DNA of 64,000 nt. It comes from Mobula hypostoma (Eukaryota). The stretch is taken from the NCBI RefSeq assembly GCF_963921235.1, contig NC_086097.1, positions 176,640,001 to 176,704,000 on the forward strand, in the 5' to 3' direction. The translations under genes and the position numbers were made by a program. Of this stretch, positions 13,001 through 25,295 are shown piece after piece (the stretch's first letter is position 1; each line of letters opens with the position of its first letter). The notes under the pieces were generated by a model, which made no database searches, was not told the origin of the DNA, and worked only from the letters and a program-made list of their open reading frames with translations.

Positions 13001-14169
13001 TATTGTGAGTAGTTTTGGGCCCCTTGCTTGGAAAGAATGTGCGGAAGCTGGAAGGTGTTCAAAGGAGGTTCATGAAAATGATTCGAGGTTTGAATGGCTT
13101 GTCTTGTGAAGAGTGTTGAATGGCTCAGGGCCTGTATTCACAAGAATTCAGAAGAATGAGGGGTGACCTCATTGAAACCTATTGAATGTGGAAAGGCCTT
13201 GATTGAGTGTACGTGGAGAGAATGTTTCCTATGGCGGGAGTGCCTAACACTAAAGGACACAGTCTCAGAATAGAACAGTGTCCTTTTAGAATAGAGATGA
13301 AGAGGAATTACTTTAGCTAGAGGGTGGTGATTTGTGGCTCCAGGCTGCTGAGGAGGCCAAGTTTTTATATATAGTTAAGGCAGAGCTTGAAAGATTCCTG
13401 ATTGGTAAGGACATGAATAGATATGGGGAGAAGGCAGGAAATTGGGGCTGAGAGGAAAATTGGATCAGCCTTGATGAAATGAGCTTAATTCTGCTCCTGT
13501 ATCCTATGGTCTTATGGTGTAATGGTGAAAGGTGTAATGTTTAAGGGGAAGAAGAGGGGAAACTTCTTCACTCAGATGGTCGTGAGATTATGAAACGAGC
13601 TGCCAGCACAAGTGGTGCATACAAGCTCAGTTTCAATGTTTAAGAGAAGTTTGGATAAGTACATTGATGAAAGGGGTATGGAGGGCTATGGGCCCAGTGG
13701 AGGTTGATGGGAGTAGGCAGTTGAAAGGTTTTGGCATGTATTAGATAGGCCAAAGGACCTGTTTCTGTGCTGTACTTTTCTATGATTCTGTATGTTAACC
13801 CATTCATTTGCGAGATTATTCTCACAAGCCTTCTCTGGACCCTCTTCAACGACAACACATCCTTTCTTAGATATGGGGCTTGAAACTGCTCACAATACTG
13901 CAAGTAGACAGATGGGACTGACAGGATTATTTTCCAAGGGACTAACATGCAGTTAATGGATTGAATAGAGTCCCTCTGTACTATAACTATTCTGTCATTC
14001 CAATTCAAGATATATGGCATGATCATCAACATTCAGAGATTAACTTCCCTTCACCTATTTACTGTATACTAGCTGACTAGTTAATCAATGCCATGATCGT
14101 AACACTCTTGCCCTTAAGACTCTTGCTTTTATTTACATTATTGTCTTCTTGTGGTCTTGCTCCACTCCA

Positions 14170-14325
14170 TTTGAAGAGCTTTCTTCAGCCTCACAGAGAT
14201 CTCTACACTCCTCTCTTCCTGGTTTTTTGATCATTCCTGGATTACTATAACACTGGAGGCCGTGTACTTAGTTGACAAGGCTTAAACCCTGGGCGTCGCT
14301 CCTTAATCCTCTCCACGTCTGTTTC
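14170..14325 (+). mobile_element. Ancient L2-like LINE 3' fragment
   Basis: gagatctctacactcctct...cactggaggccgtg...ctccttaatcctctccac resembles L2 3'-coding ends; highly diverged. Confidence 0.35.
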
Positions 14326-14443
14326 TTATGCAGAGGGCAATGACAAATTGGATGTATCCTTTCTGCCAAACTCTCAGCCAAATATCTCCTTGTATATACT
14401 GTATGGGAGGCAATTTAGAATCTTGCCATGCATTTCAAAGTGG

Positions 14444-14610
14444 AGACACAAGAGATTCTGTATTTGCTGGAAATCTGAAGCAGCACGCACAAAATATTGG
14501 AAGAAACCAACAGATCACTCAACATCTTTGGAGGGAAATAAGCACGTGACGTTTTGCAGCGAGACCATTTTTCATAGCCTGAAGAAGGTCTCGACTCAAA
14601 GCATCACAGA
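14444..14610. mobile_element. Penelope terminal-repeat-derived fragment with an inverted pair of degenerate hammerhead motifs
   Basis: Homologous to 46810-46943; minus-strand motif at ~14547-14580 abuts plus-strand cctgaagaaggtctcgactcaaagcatc at ~14578-14606. Confidence 0.6.
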
Positions 14611-15634
14611 ATGTTTTTGCAACATTAGCAATGCTACATAAATGGAAGGTTATTGTCATAACACAAGAACAATGCATTTGCAGGAATAGATACCAGTTTC
14701 CCTTAGTACTTGGTACGGACCAGATAAGCTTTTGATTGAACGTTAATTGAAAAACGTACATCAAGCGTGAACAAGAGTGACCCTTTGCTGCTTCACTTTC
14801 ACTGCTCCTGCACAATAATAATACAGATTTGCCAGAAGGCTCATTATTGATTGCAATCCAGGAAGATCAGTATCAGCAAGCTAATATTGAGTCACACACA
14901 ACAGGGCTTCATTGATCTATCTGATATGGAAGGGCTCCTAATTTAAGTCAATCTCAGCAAATTTTCTATTTAAAAATATGTTGCTTACATAGTAAAAATC
15001 AATGTATTGTAATTCATAGCAGCAACTGAAAAACCGGGACCTAATAACTGGCATTTGATTTTATAAATGATAAAATCCATACAGAATTGCTGACTGATTG
15101 AAACTTCTTTTTAATATGTGTGGATAATTTCACCAGCAATGATTTACTTAAGCCAACACAGTAAACAGGAGCACAGAACAAAGTTACAACCGATTTGACC
15201 TAATTTTAGATATTTACTTTGACTCAAGCTTCATGATACTGCAGCTACAAGCAGTAACATCACAATTTCATTTTACAAAATGAAAATCAATTGCCTTGGT
15301 CACAGGCATCACAATGTTAAACATTTCAAAGTCTTTGCTTCAGATTTGGACTGGGAAAGCAAGTGATTCGAGCGCCAAAACATTTATGAGGTAATTATTC
15401 TGAAAATATCAGAGCCAGAAACTGAATTTTCTTGCAAAGAAGTTCAGGGTCATAGAATATAATTTAGTGATGAATTCTGCATATTAACAGCTGTATTTCA
15501 AGAAATGGGGAACTTCATCCTTACGTTGTTATCATCAGCAAAACTGCCATCATCCTTACAATGTTAGACAAGGTCAAGACAGGTGAAGAGAGTATGGATA
15601 GAGGCAAGCTGCTCCCTTTAGTCAACAGTCGAAG

Positions 15635-16480
15635 GATTGATTGAAAGATTCAAATGCATTTCCTATCACAGAATGTATAAATTATGAGACCAAGCTTGAG
15701 ATTTGTTTGTTTACAGGCAGCCACAAAGCAAGAAACCTGAAAGAACCAAAAAAAGACCAACACCCAATGCGCAGAGAAAGAGAAAAAACATAAATCATGC
15801 AAACAACAGAAGCCAGTAACAACATTCTGAATCAAGCTGACTCCTTAGCTCCGATTTGCTGGAGTAGCCTGAAGTAGGCCTAAATCCTCACTCTCAGTTT
15901 ATCATATCAGCGGGGAAAATCACCATGAAGTTCGCAAACATGAAGCAGTCTGACAGCTTCAGTGCCATGGAGAGAGGAGTGAAGATTGCGGGAGACTGAG
16001 TGAAATCTGCCTGACCCTCGCCTCCAGTCCCAACGACCTGCCTTTCCTATCTATCTAGGCTGGCGCTTAAATTGTCCAAACACCGGATCATGCCTCGCAT
16101 TGGGACCCAGGCCCTGCTGCCGTGATACAATCTGGACTTAGACCTCGTTACCCAGGCTGAAGCTGTTCTTGACCTCCCCAAATGCTTGGCACTTGGAGCA
16201 TTCAAGCTTCGCACCTGGGTTAGTTGGACAGGCATTGAAACTCCTCCTCTCCGAATAGTTTAATCCAACTTCATCTGTGACCCTGTCTTGAACACATTAC
16301 ACTTTGACTTTGAAAAACACCAGCCCGGCTCATTCCTCCAATCAGCTTTGCTTTTGCTCGCCTCTGCATTGTTTGTGGTGATAGTTTTCCACAAGTTACT
16401 TCTGAAAAGGTGTTAAAATGTTTTTAGTTGTATTTCTTGTTTTTCAAACTACCAGTAAGCTGTCGCTCGCCTTCAGTATT
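15635..16480 (-). mobile_element. Non-coding retroelement with Rex1-like 3' end
   Basis: Minus-strand 3' end acaaatctcaag...atacattctgtgat...ttgaatctttcaatcaatc; GC-richer body without RT motifs. Confidence 0.5.
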
Positions 16481-17884
16481 GAAGACCAGATTTTGGACTC
16501 CCCAACCGTGGCACAAAACACTGAGTGCCTTCACCTTATCCATGCCCCCCCTTGATTTTATATGACCACCTCAAAAAGCTCACCACTCAGTCTCAATCCA
16601 AGGATTAAGGTCCTCGCCTGCCTTGCCTCTCCCCATAACTCAGGTCCCTGCATCCCAGCAACATTCTCGTAAATGTCTTTTGAACTCTTTCCAGCTTAAT
16701 GACATGTTTCCTCTTATAGAGTGACCAAAACAGTACACAAAATTCCAGGTGTAGACTCACCAACATCTTGCACGATAACAGAAAAAAACGTCAGTTAATT
16801 TCATCCACTATATTCTGCATCCCCATAAATATGTAAATAGCATTGGTCATGGATGGTTAAGAATTTTAATTTGAAGGCGATAATGCAGTACATATACTTC
16901 ATTATAACATGTGGATGATGCGTGCTTAATGCAGGAGTCTCAGGAATAGGAGAACTATTGTGAAAAGCAAAAGGCAATGATAATGGGATAAGTAAAGTTT
17001 AGATTTAGAGATGCATTTGGTGACAGTAGAGTATTCAGGATTGTAAAGAAGCTTTGTACATCTACCAATGAGAAGGAATTCATTTGGTCCTAACATTCCA
17101 AACAATCTTGTTCCAACATTTAACAAGATCAATAGTGATCCTATCCACCAGACTCCCAACTGCACCAAGTTCCCTTAATCCTTTCATTCCCTTGGTTTCC
17201 AGACTGTATTGGCCTTCGCCCTGAGCATATTCAGTGGTATCCTCCACTGAATTCAATGCTCTCCACAGGAACAAAGAACTTTCTCCTCAGACATAGGAGC
17301 TCTAAGTCCTCTGGCCTGGCACAATATAGCCCTCTATGTTCTGCTGTGCTTTGCTCTGAACTGACGGAACCTGCAGAGAGTGTTAAATACTGCCTGGTCC
17401 ATCACAGGCTCATCAGTTCCTTCCATCCAATCCATCTTCATACCTAGAAGGCTAATAGTATCGTCAAGGATGCCTGCTACCCTGACCACTCCTTTTCCTT
17501 CTTCTACCTTCTGCGAAAATATACAGCAGCCTGAAAGAAGAGCAGCTTCTTCCGCACTGCCCTCAGACTCCCGATAACCTCTTTTACAACCCCTTCCTGA
17601 TCATGCTGCCATGTTCTTGAACACCAATTCTATCCCTTGTGCTACAGACACTTCAACATTTCTACCTCAGTTAGCGCCGCTGTACTTTTGAAATATTGTG
17701 GAATATTGATAGTTCAAGTTGGCTATTTGGAAGTTTCGTTGATCATCAAGCTTGGCAGAATGTTTGCAGATATCTTGGCTCCAATTGAGAGTCATCATCA
17801 ATGCACAGTTGAGGGTGTTGCCTCCTCAGAATGCCGGCTTATATACTCCTCCGGAGTCTGAATGGATATTGATTAAATGTTGTG

Positions 17885-18735
17885 AGGCAGAGAGGAGTAA
17901 TGATGACGCTAAATGGCGACTCCTTCGCTTGCATCTTCAGAAACAGCTCTAATTCCATCTTTAATATCTTTATTTTTCCCTTTCATGGTTCTTTTGAAGA
18001 CCCTGACCTGGAGTTACATGCTGACTTTGGTTCTTTGTGGGAATGGGATCCGCTCTCAGCGTTTCATAACTGGCCGTTGTTCAGCACGCCAAGGCTCGGC
18101 CAAAGAGCCCGGCTCGGATTTGGAAACCTAGGATCTCAGGGCTCTGGAGACTGGCAGATCGAGGGTCAGTGGCACGACAGGAGACCCGTGTGTCGTTGGG
18201 GGAGTCGAAATATCTACAACTGTGTGCCCGGAGACCCAAGATCTTTGTGGTCTTCAGGCACAGAGCTCGGAAAAAGTGACGTAATGGACTTTTAATATGG
18301 TAAACCAGCGAGTGGTTTGTTATGTCTCCCCACTCACTGGGAAAACGGAGGCACCTCCCTCTCCCATATTCGGGAGAGAGAGAGAGAGAGCCTGCGGTAT
18401 GTCATATACCAAGCGAAATGTGAAGTCTTCGGGGTAACTGCAAGTCTGTGACTTCGCTATTACTTTGCTCATGCTTGAGCGCCTGGTGGCCGTGCCAATG
18501 CTTTTTTTTGCCTGTGGAGGGGAGGGGGATCGTTGATTGCTGCCGCTTACGCGCAAGAGGGAGGGGGAGCTGGGGGGGTACTTTGGGGTTCTAACATTTA
18601 ACTTCATTCGTTCTTTGGGGCACTCCTCTGCTTTCGTGATTGGTTGCAAAGGAAAAGCGTTTCAGGATGTATGTTGTATACATTTCTCTGACATTAAATT
18701 GGACCTCTGAATCTTTGAAACTTTGAACCTTTGAT
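17885..18735 (+). mobile_element. Non-autonomous non-coding retroelement with Rex1-like 3' tail
   Basis: Begins gaggagtaatgatgacgctaaatggcg; ends tttcaggatgta...tacatttctctgacattaaa...(ctttgaa)n; CpG-rich, no RT motifs. Confidence 0.6.
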
Positions 18736-19372
18736 CTGGTTGGCTGGTTCAAAACACTGTGAACAGTTTAGCAGCCGAAGATTCTGAATGGCAAGCTTTG
18801 AGGGAGCTCCATTGGAAGTGATCGCTTTGCTGTCCGGATCCTGAGATTATTCTTTGGTTGCTGATGTCATTATCTCCCTTTTCTCCTTAAGGGTCACTAC
18901 TGGATCTATGCTAATGTGCTTATTGATGGATCCTTATGAAGTCACCACTGTACTTTGCTCCATTCCGTTGGTTCGTCACTGTACTTATTGATGCATTTAT
19001 TATTAACATGTACACCGTGAGCTTCATGCGAACGATAAATTTGATTGTACCCTTGTGTGTATGAGAGTAAACTAATCTTCTTCAGAATCAACTCTTAATG
19101 GTCCCTCATCTAACCTCTCTGTGTGGCCTCCACTCCTATAGCTGGCTGAGGTCTTAGTGCTCCTCCAATCCTACTCAAAGACATGCTCCCTCAGATTAAC
19201 CTGTAGATCTACTTGGAGCAAGTTAAAGTGAACAATTAACCTACCACCTCACACACCTTCAGAAGGTGGGGCGATCCCAGAGCACCCAGGAAAAACTCCA
19301 CACCGACCGCACCCGAGGTCAGGAATAAATGTGGAATGCTAGTTCTGAGAAGAAGCAGCTCTACCAGTGTGT

Positions 19373-19530
19373 AAACACAAGAGATTCTGTAGAGACTAGA
19401 AATCTAGAGCAATGTACACAAAACACTGGAGGAAATCAACAAGTCAGACAGCATCTATGGATAGGAATAAACACTCGACATTTTGGTGCGAAACCCTTCA
19501 TCAGGACTGGAAAGGAAGAGGGCAGAAGGC
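19373..19530 (-). mobile_element. Penelope terminal-repeat-derived fragment with hammerhead-like motif
   Basis: aaacacaagagattctg...gacattttggtgcgaaacccttcatcaggact; minus strand reads AGTC CTGATGA AGGGTTTCGCACC AAAA TGTC GAGT. Confidence 0.7.
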
Positions 19531-19789
19531 AACTGTGTGTTTGCCTTTGTTGGCTAATACCAAGTATCAGCTGGTCAGTATTGGTCAGTTTTGCACTCCT
19601 CACCACACAGCTGCTTCCAAATGGAGATTTGCTCAAGTATTGGATTAAAACCTAACCAAAGCCCAGTCTGTCCACTTTTGACCTAAACCTGATATGAACC
19701 CTGGAGCAGGCCATTTGTTCCATGCCCAGAGTGACCCACAGCCATTTGCAGAAAATAGTTTAAATCTGAAAATATGCCTCATGTACATT

Positions 19790-20282
19790 AGAATCAGAAG
19801 CAGGTGTATTATCACTGAAATATGTTGTGCAATTTGCTGTTTTGTGGCAGCAATACAATGCAATAAATAAAAACTATCAGTTACAATAAAAATACATAAA
19901 TACTCCAAAAAGGGAGCCAAGTAGTGAAGTAGCGTTCATCGGTCGATAGACCATTCAGAACTCTCATCATGGGGGGAAGGAGCACTGAGTGTGCACCCTC
20001 AAACTCCTCTACCTCCTCGGTGATAGCAATGAGAAGAGTGCATTCTTGGATGAGGAGGGTCCTTAATGATGGACGCCACCTTCTTGAGGCATGGCTTTTT
20101 GAAGATAACCTCTACAGTGGGGAGGGCTGTGCCGGTGATGGAGCTGGCTATATCTACAGCCCTCTGCAACCTCTTGCGATCCTGTGCACTGGACTCTGTG
20201 CAGGTGGTGATGCAACCAGTCAGAATGCTCTCCACGGTAATTTACTAGGTCATTGGTGATATACTGCATCTCTTCAGACTCC
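19790..20282 (-). mobile_element. Rex1/Babar-type LINE 3' fragment
   Basis: ORF 19999..20235 ESILTGCIT...DRKRLQRAV...CLKKVASIIKDPPHP; agaatcagaa tail. Confidence 0.8.
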
Positions 20283-20289
20283 ACTTTAT

Positions 20290-20535
20290 TTTTATTTTTA
20301 TTTTATTTAGAGATACAGTATGGTAACAGCCAATTTGAGGTCAACAAGTCTGTGATGCCCAATTACACCCAGGCAACCAATTAACCCACTAACTTTTCTG
20401 TCTTTGGAACATGGGAGGGAACAGAAGCACCTGGAGAGAACAAGTAGTTACAGGGGCAACTTACAGATGGCAGTGGAAATGAACCCAGGTTCCAACATTG
20501 TAATAGTGTCACACAATCTGGTATGCTACCATGCT
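20290..20535 (-). mobile_element. Degenerate V-SINE-like element
   Basis: gtctttggaacatgggagggaacagaagcacctggag is the reverse complement of the V-domain motif seen at 4810-4880. Confidence 0.55.
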
Positions 20536-20599
20536 GTCCATTCCTGGTCTGGATAAAGTACTGAACCAGGCTGCAAATATGCCAACCAACTGGTGATGA

Positions 20600-21175
20600 A
20601 GGCATTTAGCACATTGTCCATCATCAGTCAGGGCACTAAAAACAGAATTTGAGATGTTATAGTGTAGTTATACAAGATGATAGTGAGGCCATATTTGGAG
20701 TATTGTGCTCCTGCTACAAAAACATGTTATTAACCTGGAAAGAGTACAAAGGAAGTTTATGAGGACGTTTCTAGGAGTCAGGGGACTGAGTTATAGAGGG
20801 AGGTTGAGCCGTTTGGGATGGTTTTCATTGGAGTGCAGGAAAATGAGGGCTAATCTTGTACAGGTATATAAAATCTTGAGGTCATAGAGTGAATTCACAC
20901 AGTCTTTTTCCCAGGGTTGGGGAATCAAAACTAGAGGGCATAGGTTTAACGTGAGAGGCAAGAGATTTAACAGGAACATGGGTGGCATTTTTTTCACCTA
21001 GCTGGTTTTCCATGTATGGGATGAACAGTCAGAGAAAGTGGTTGAGGCTGGTATATTAGCAACATTTAAAATATACATGAATGGGTACATGGATAGGAAA
21101 AGTTTAGAAGGATATGGGTCAATTAGGAGCAAATTGGACAAGCTTAGATGGGAATCTTGCTCAGGATTGACCTAT
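20600..21175 (+). mobile_element. CR1 3' fragment
   Basis: LERVQRKFMR...YRGRLSRLGWFSLE...VYKIL; TRGHRF-coding segment. Confidence 0.8.
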
Positions 21176-21484
21176 GAGTCATAGTCATGTAGGTAATTCT
21201 GAGCTGTATGACTCCATGGCTCTAGAATATCAGTGTATACACCCAGCCAAGACTGGACCACAGGTTTAGCTGGTGCCCAGGGCACATGATGTGTAAAGTT
21301 GAATACAACTGATAGCCAACACTTTTGTACATACTGAATGCTGCCTTCTACCTCTGATACCATAACAAAAGCTAATAAAACTCCTGTCTTCCTCATTGCT
21401 TACTGTATACCGTCCTGGTTTTATAAGCCTACATTTAAGTGATTAAACATGATGCTTGCAATGAATAATCTATGTGTGTCATAC

Positions 21485-21529
21485 CCTCCAGAAATGTAAC
21501 CATGGAGATAATATCTGTGGGATTTTCAT
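21485..21529 (-). other. Candidate 45-nt symmetric host micro-exon (unverified)
   Basis: Minus strand: aattttctgtttccattttag|ATGAAA...TGGAGG|gtatga; open as MKIPQILSPWLHFWR (phase 0) or DENPTDIISMVTFLE (phase 1); in a TE-free island. Confidence 0.3.
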
Positions 21530-22699
21530 CTAAAATGGAAACAGAAAATTTTCATCAGGACCTTGGGCAAAGGGCAGTATGGAGTGTTAATCTTTACATA
21601 GAATAATCCCACTTATATATCTGCAATACAGGTGGACTCATGAACAATATCCTTTTCAAAAAGTAAAGACTGTTCATGACATTTCCAAATATATAATTCA
21701 ATGCATCGATACATCAACATTCACATTACAAGGCAGATCATCCACTAATGCAAAAGATTCACATTATATCAGCATGGTTTCAATTTGTCTTCACACACAT
21801 TCCATGAATGAAAACTCCAGGATGTTTTTATATGGATTTCAGCTTTATGATCAAATATTGAAACCTTATCAAAATGTCAACAATTTCTTCCTCTTCCTCT
21901 GTGAGATCATACTGAATCACATCCTCTTCAGTCAGCAACTGTTACTTTTACAATTCATAATATAATTAATATGACATAAGCATTGAGAAAAAAAAGTTTT
22001 CATTGGATGGACAATTTGAGATTATCTGCATTTTGTTATTTCTATGATAATGGCATTCTAGACATCACACCAGAAGTGAATGTGACCTCGTTCCAAAAGG
22101 GGTAAATTGGTGAACTCAGACAGAAAGGATTAGTGCAATTAGGCATCATCAATGCTTAACACAACTTTGTGGGCCGAAGGACCTGTTCCTTTGCTGTACT
22201 TTAAGGTGTAGTGGAAAACTTCATTTTGCATGCCATCCATACAGATCGTTTCATCACATCAGTACATTGAGGTAGTACAAGGGAAAAACAATAACAGAAT
22301 GCAAAATAAAGTGTTATGGTTACAGAGAAGGTGCAGTGCAGGTAGACAAAACCAGGTAGTTTATGAAGTCAAAGGACCATCTTATTGTACCAGGGGACCA
22401 TTCTACCCAGTGGGGTAGAATCTGTCCTTGAGCTTGGTAGAATGTCCTTACAGGCTTTGTATCTTCTGCCCAATGGTAGAGGTGGAGAAGAGAGAATGTC
22501 TGGGGAGGTGGGGGCTTTGATTATGCTGGCTGCTTTACTGATCCAGTGAGCAGTGCAGACAGAGTCCATGGAGGGGAAGTTGGTTTTCATGATGTGCTGA
22601 ACTGCCTCCAGGGATCCACAGAGAAGAGTTTTGCCATAACCGCGTGTGTTAAATCTGATATGGTAGCATGCACATCTCATGTTCAGTAAAATAAATTTT

Positions 22700-24790
22700 C
22701 ACTATGGTAAATATTGGAATGGAGCTCAAACTACAGCTGCTGTTATATTGAAGCAACAAACAAGATCAGATCCCAGCCCTCATTGCTGGTGACTTCAATC
22801 ATGCCGAGTTAAAAACAGTCCTGCCAAAGTTCCACCAGCACGTCAGCTTCACAACCAGAGGACTGACCTGGTTTATGCCAAAGTTCATGGAGCCCACAGT
22901 GTTGCTCCTCACCCTCATCTTGGATACTCAGACCACGTAACCATTTGCTAATCCCTACATATAGACCACTTGTTAAACGAGTCAGACCAGTTTATAGGGA
23001 GATCAGGACCTGGCCAGAAGGAGCATTCTCAGTGCTGCAGGACTGCTTCGAAAGCACAGACTGAAGCATATTCAGGGTGGCGGGTGCCTACGATCATCAC
23101 GTCAACAATGTGGGATTGGTGACTGGCTACATAGGAAAGTGCATTGAGGGTGTCACCGTCATTAAACACTGGACTGTCAGGGCAAACCAGAAACTATGGC
23201 TGACTACAGCAGTTCATGCACTGCTTAGGAATCGGGGCACTGCCTTCAGAGTGGGGGACAGGACGACTCTCAGGTCAGCAAAAGTCGCACTCTCCTGTGA
23301 TATCAGGAAGGCAAAGCATGAGTATGTACAAAAAATCCACAGGCACCTTTGTGACACCAAGGACACTCTCTACGTATGGTAAGGTCTACAAGCTGCCCTG
23401 CACATCAGCAACAGTGACACCTCCCTTCCTGTTAGGCTGAATGCCTTCTATACAGAATTTGATGCATTGAAGGATGTGATATTGAGGAAAGGTCCCGAGG
23501 AACAGGCACCCTGTCTTGCTGCAGTGAAGGTGAGGAGGATCCCAGCAATGCTGTGGGGCCAGACAACATATCTCATCAGGTGCTGAGGGACAGTGCAGCC
23601 AGCTAACAGTGGTCTTAGTGAACATCTTTAGTATATCTTTGAAATAGTCCATTGTTCCTTTAGGCTTCAAGACAGCCACCATAGATCCGATGCCTAAGAG
23701 ATGGCAACTGGACTAAACGTTTACTGCCCAGTGACACTGACTTCAACAATGATGAAGTGCTTTGAGCGGCTGGTAATGGATTGTATAAAATCCCACCATC
23801 CAGCTACATTGGACTCTTTCCAGTTCGCCTACCGCTTAAAATGATTCGCTGATGATACCATAGTTTCAGCCCTCCGCTCTGTCTTGTCCATCTAGAAACA
23901 TTTGCCTCATATGCTAGGATGTTATTCATTGACTTTAGCCCAATATTTAACACAATCATCCCTCAGAAGCTGGTGGGTAAACTGTCCTCTTTGGGATTCA
24001 AAACTTTTCTCTGTAACTGGATCTTGGACTGCTTGATGGAATGACCCCAGTAGTCTGAGTTGGCAGCAACACCTCAAACTCCATCACACTGTGCACTGGT
24101 GACCCCTACCCCAGGGTAGTGTGCTCAGTTGGCCTCTGTTTACACTGTTGAGTCACTACTGCACAGCCAGATTCATCTCAAACCATATCATCATCTTCAC
24201 TAATGATACTGCTGTGGTTGGCCTCATCAGCAACAGTGATGAGTCAGCACACAAAGAGGAGGTAGGGAGACTTGTCAAATGGTGCACGAACAACAGCCTG
24301 AGTCTCAATGTGGACAAGCAAAAGAAATGATTGTGGACTACAGAAGGGCACAGGTCAACCACTCTCCATTGCACATCAATGGCTCTGCCGTGGAGAGAGG
24401 GAAGAGCACAAGGTTCCTTGGTGTGCAGATAAGGGACAATCTAATCTGGACCCACAATGCCTACTGAATGGTCAAAAAGACAAAGCAGCATCTACACTTC
24501 TGAGGAGATCGAGGCATACAAGGCTCCCTGCCCCTATTGTAACAACTATCGTCAGGAGTACCTTAGAGAGCGTGCTTTCTGGCTGTATCATTGAGTGGCA
24601 CAGAAGCTGCAAGGCAAGGTCCTACAGAGGATAGTGAAAACTGTTGAGAGAATCTTCAGGGTCTCCTACATCCTAGCTGTGACATCCACCAGCAACATTG
24701 CAGATGTAATGCTCAAAGCTTTGTTGAAACATTTCATTTGGTTGTATATATGCACAGTCAGATGACAAAAAACTTGTACTTGAACTTGAA
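22700..24790 (+). mobile_element. Rex1/Babar-type LINE, longer decayed copy (endonuclease end, RT, 3' tail)
   Basis: IAGDFNHAELKTVLPKF and HLGYSDH at 22780-22940; [35 protein letters not shown]; (acttga)n tail at ~24780. Confidence 0.85.
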
Positions 24791-25295
24791 TGGGACTGAT
24801 TGGGATTGGCCTCCTGTGAGCTGGCATGACTCGATGAGCCAAGCATCCCTTTTGTGTGTTGTTATAAATTAGGACCAGCACATCCTGCATCATAGAACAA
24901 ACTTGACCATGGAACATCTCCTGGAAGAGGAGTTCAACGTCAAAGTTGATTTTATTGCCACTTGCACAACATTACAGGCACATATCATCTTACTAGCAGC
25001 ATTCACAAGAAACATGTAAATTCAGCATAAACTATGCACAATCTTTACAAGACAGGACACGAACAGAACAAAGGACAAAATTCCATTTTATTGCAAAGTG
25101 GTCATAGTGTTACTATGATCAGGTTGTGATTGAGATTGTGCTGATGTGTTCAAGAACTGAATGAATGAAGAGATTGTGTGGATTAAGGATTGACATAGTA
25201 AATGGGGCTTGTTTTGCTGTTGTTTTGTCGCTTGTTGTGTTCAGTGTTTTTCTGGTGAACATTGTGGGTGTTCTTTCCAGAACAGTGTGAACTGA

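Larger units (their letters stand above)
8684..13522 (+). mobile_element. Nested CR1 spanning 5' UTR, ORF1 (SGNH/esterase-like) and deleted ORF2
   Basis: ORF1 remnants GDPTVRG, TNDIGR, LNPRG (10500-10980); ORF2 LKLLYLN, ESLWIEL..YRPPNS, AKFADDTKIGG..LQKDVDRLGEWAKKW; (tatggtct) tail at ~13505. Confidence 0.85.
7140..13790 (+). mobile_element. Outer CR1 (5' UTR, ORF1 start, deleted ORF2) split by a nested CR1
   Basis: ORF1 start SGRIVECSSCRM at ~7480; RT motifs YRPVSLTS, GVPQGS, VRPYLEY; sequence breaks after catgggttaaag (~8683) and resumes ggtgaaagg...tttaaggggaa at ~13523. Confidence 0.8.

Noticed and set aside
14760..15025. Two further small minus-strand AG/GT segments (~14760-14807, ~14989-15025)
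   Set aside because: Moderate splice signals only; such matches are expected by chance in AT-rich DNA
17165..17240. Strong plus-strand acceptor (cctttcattcccttggtttccag)
   Set aside because: It is the reverse complement of a decayed CR1 3' end
21866..21940. Protein-like minus-strand frame LLTEEDVIQYDLTEEEEEIVDILIR
   Set aside because: No pyrimidine tract at the acceptor, weak donor, and phase incompatible with the neighbouring candidate exon
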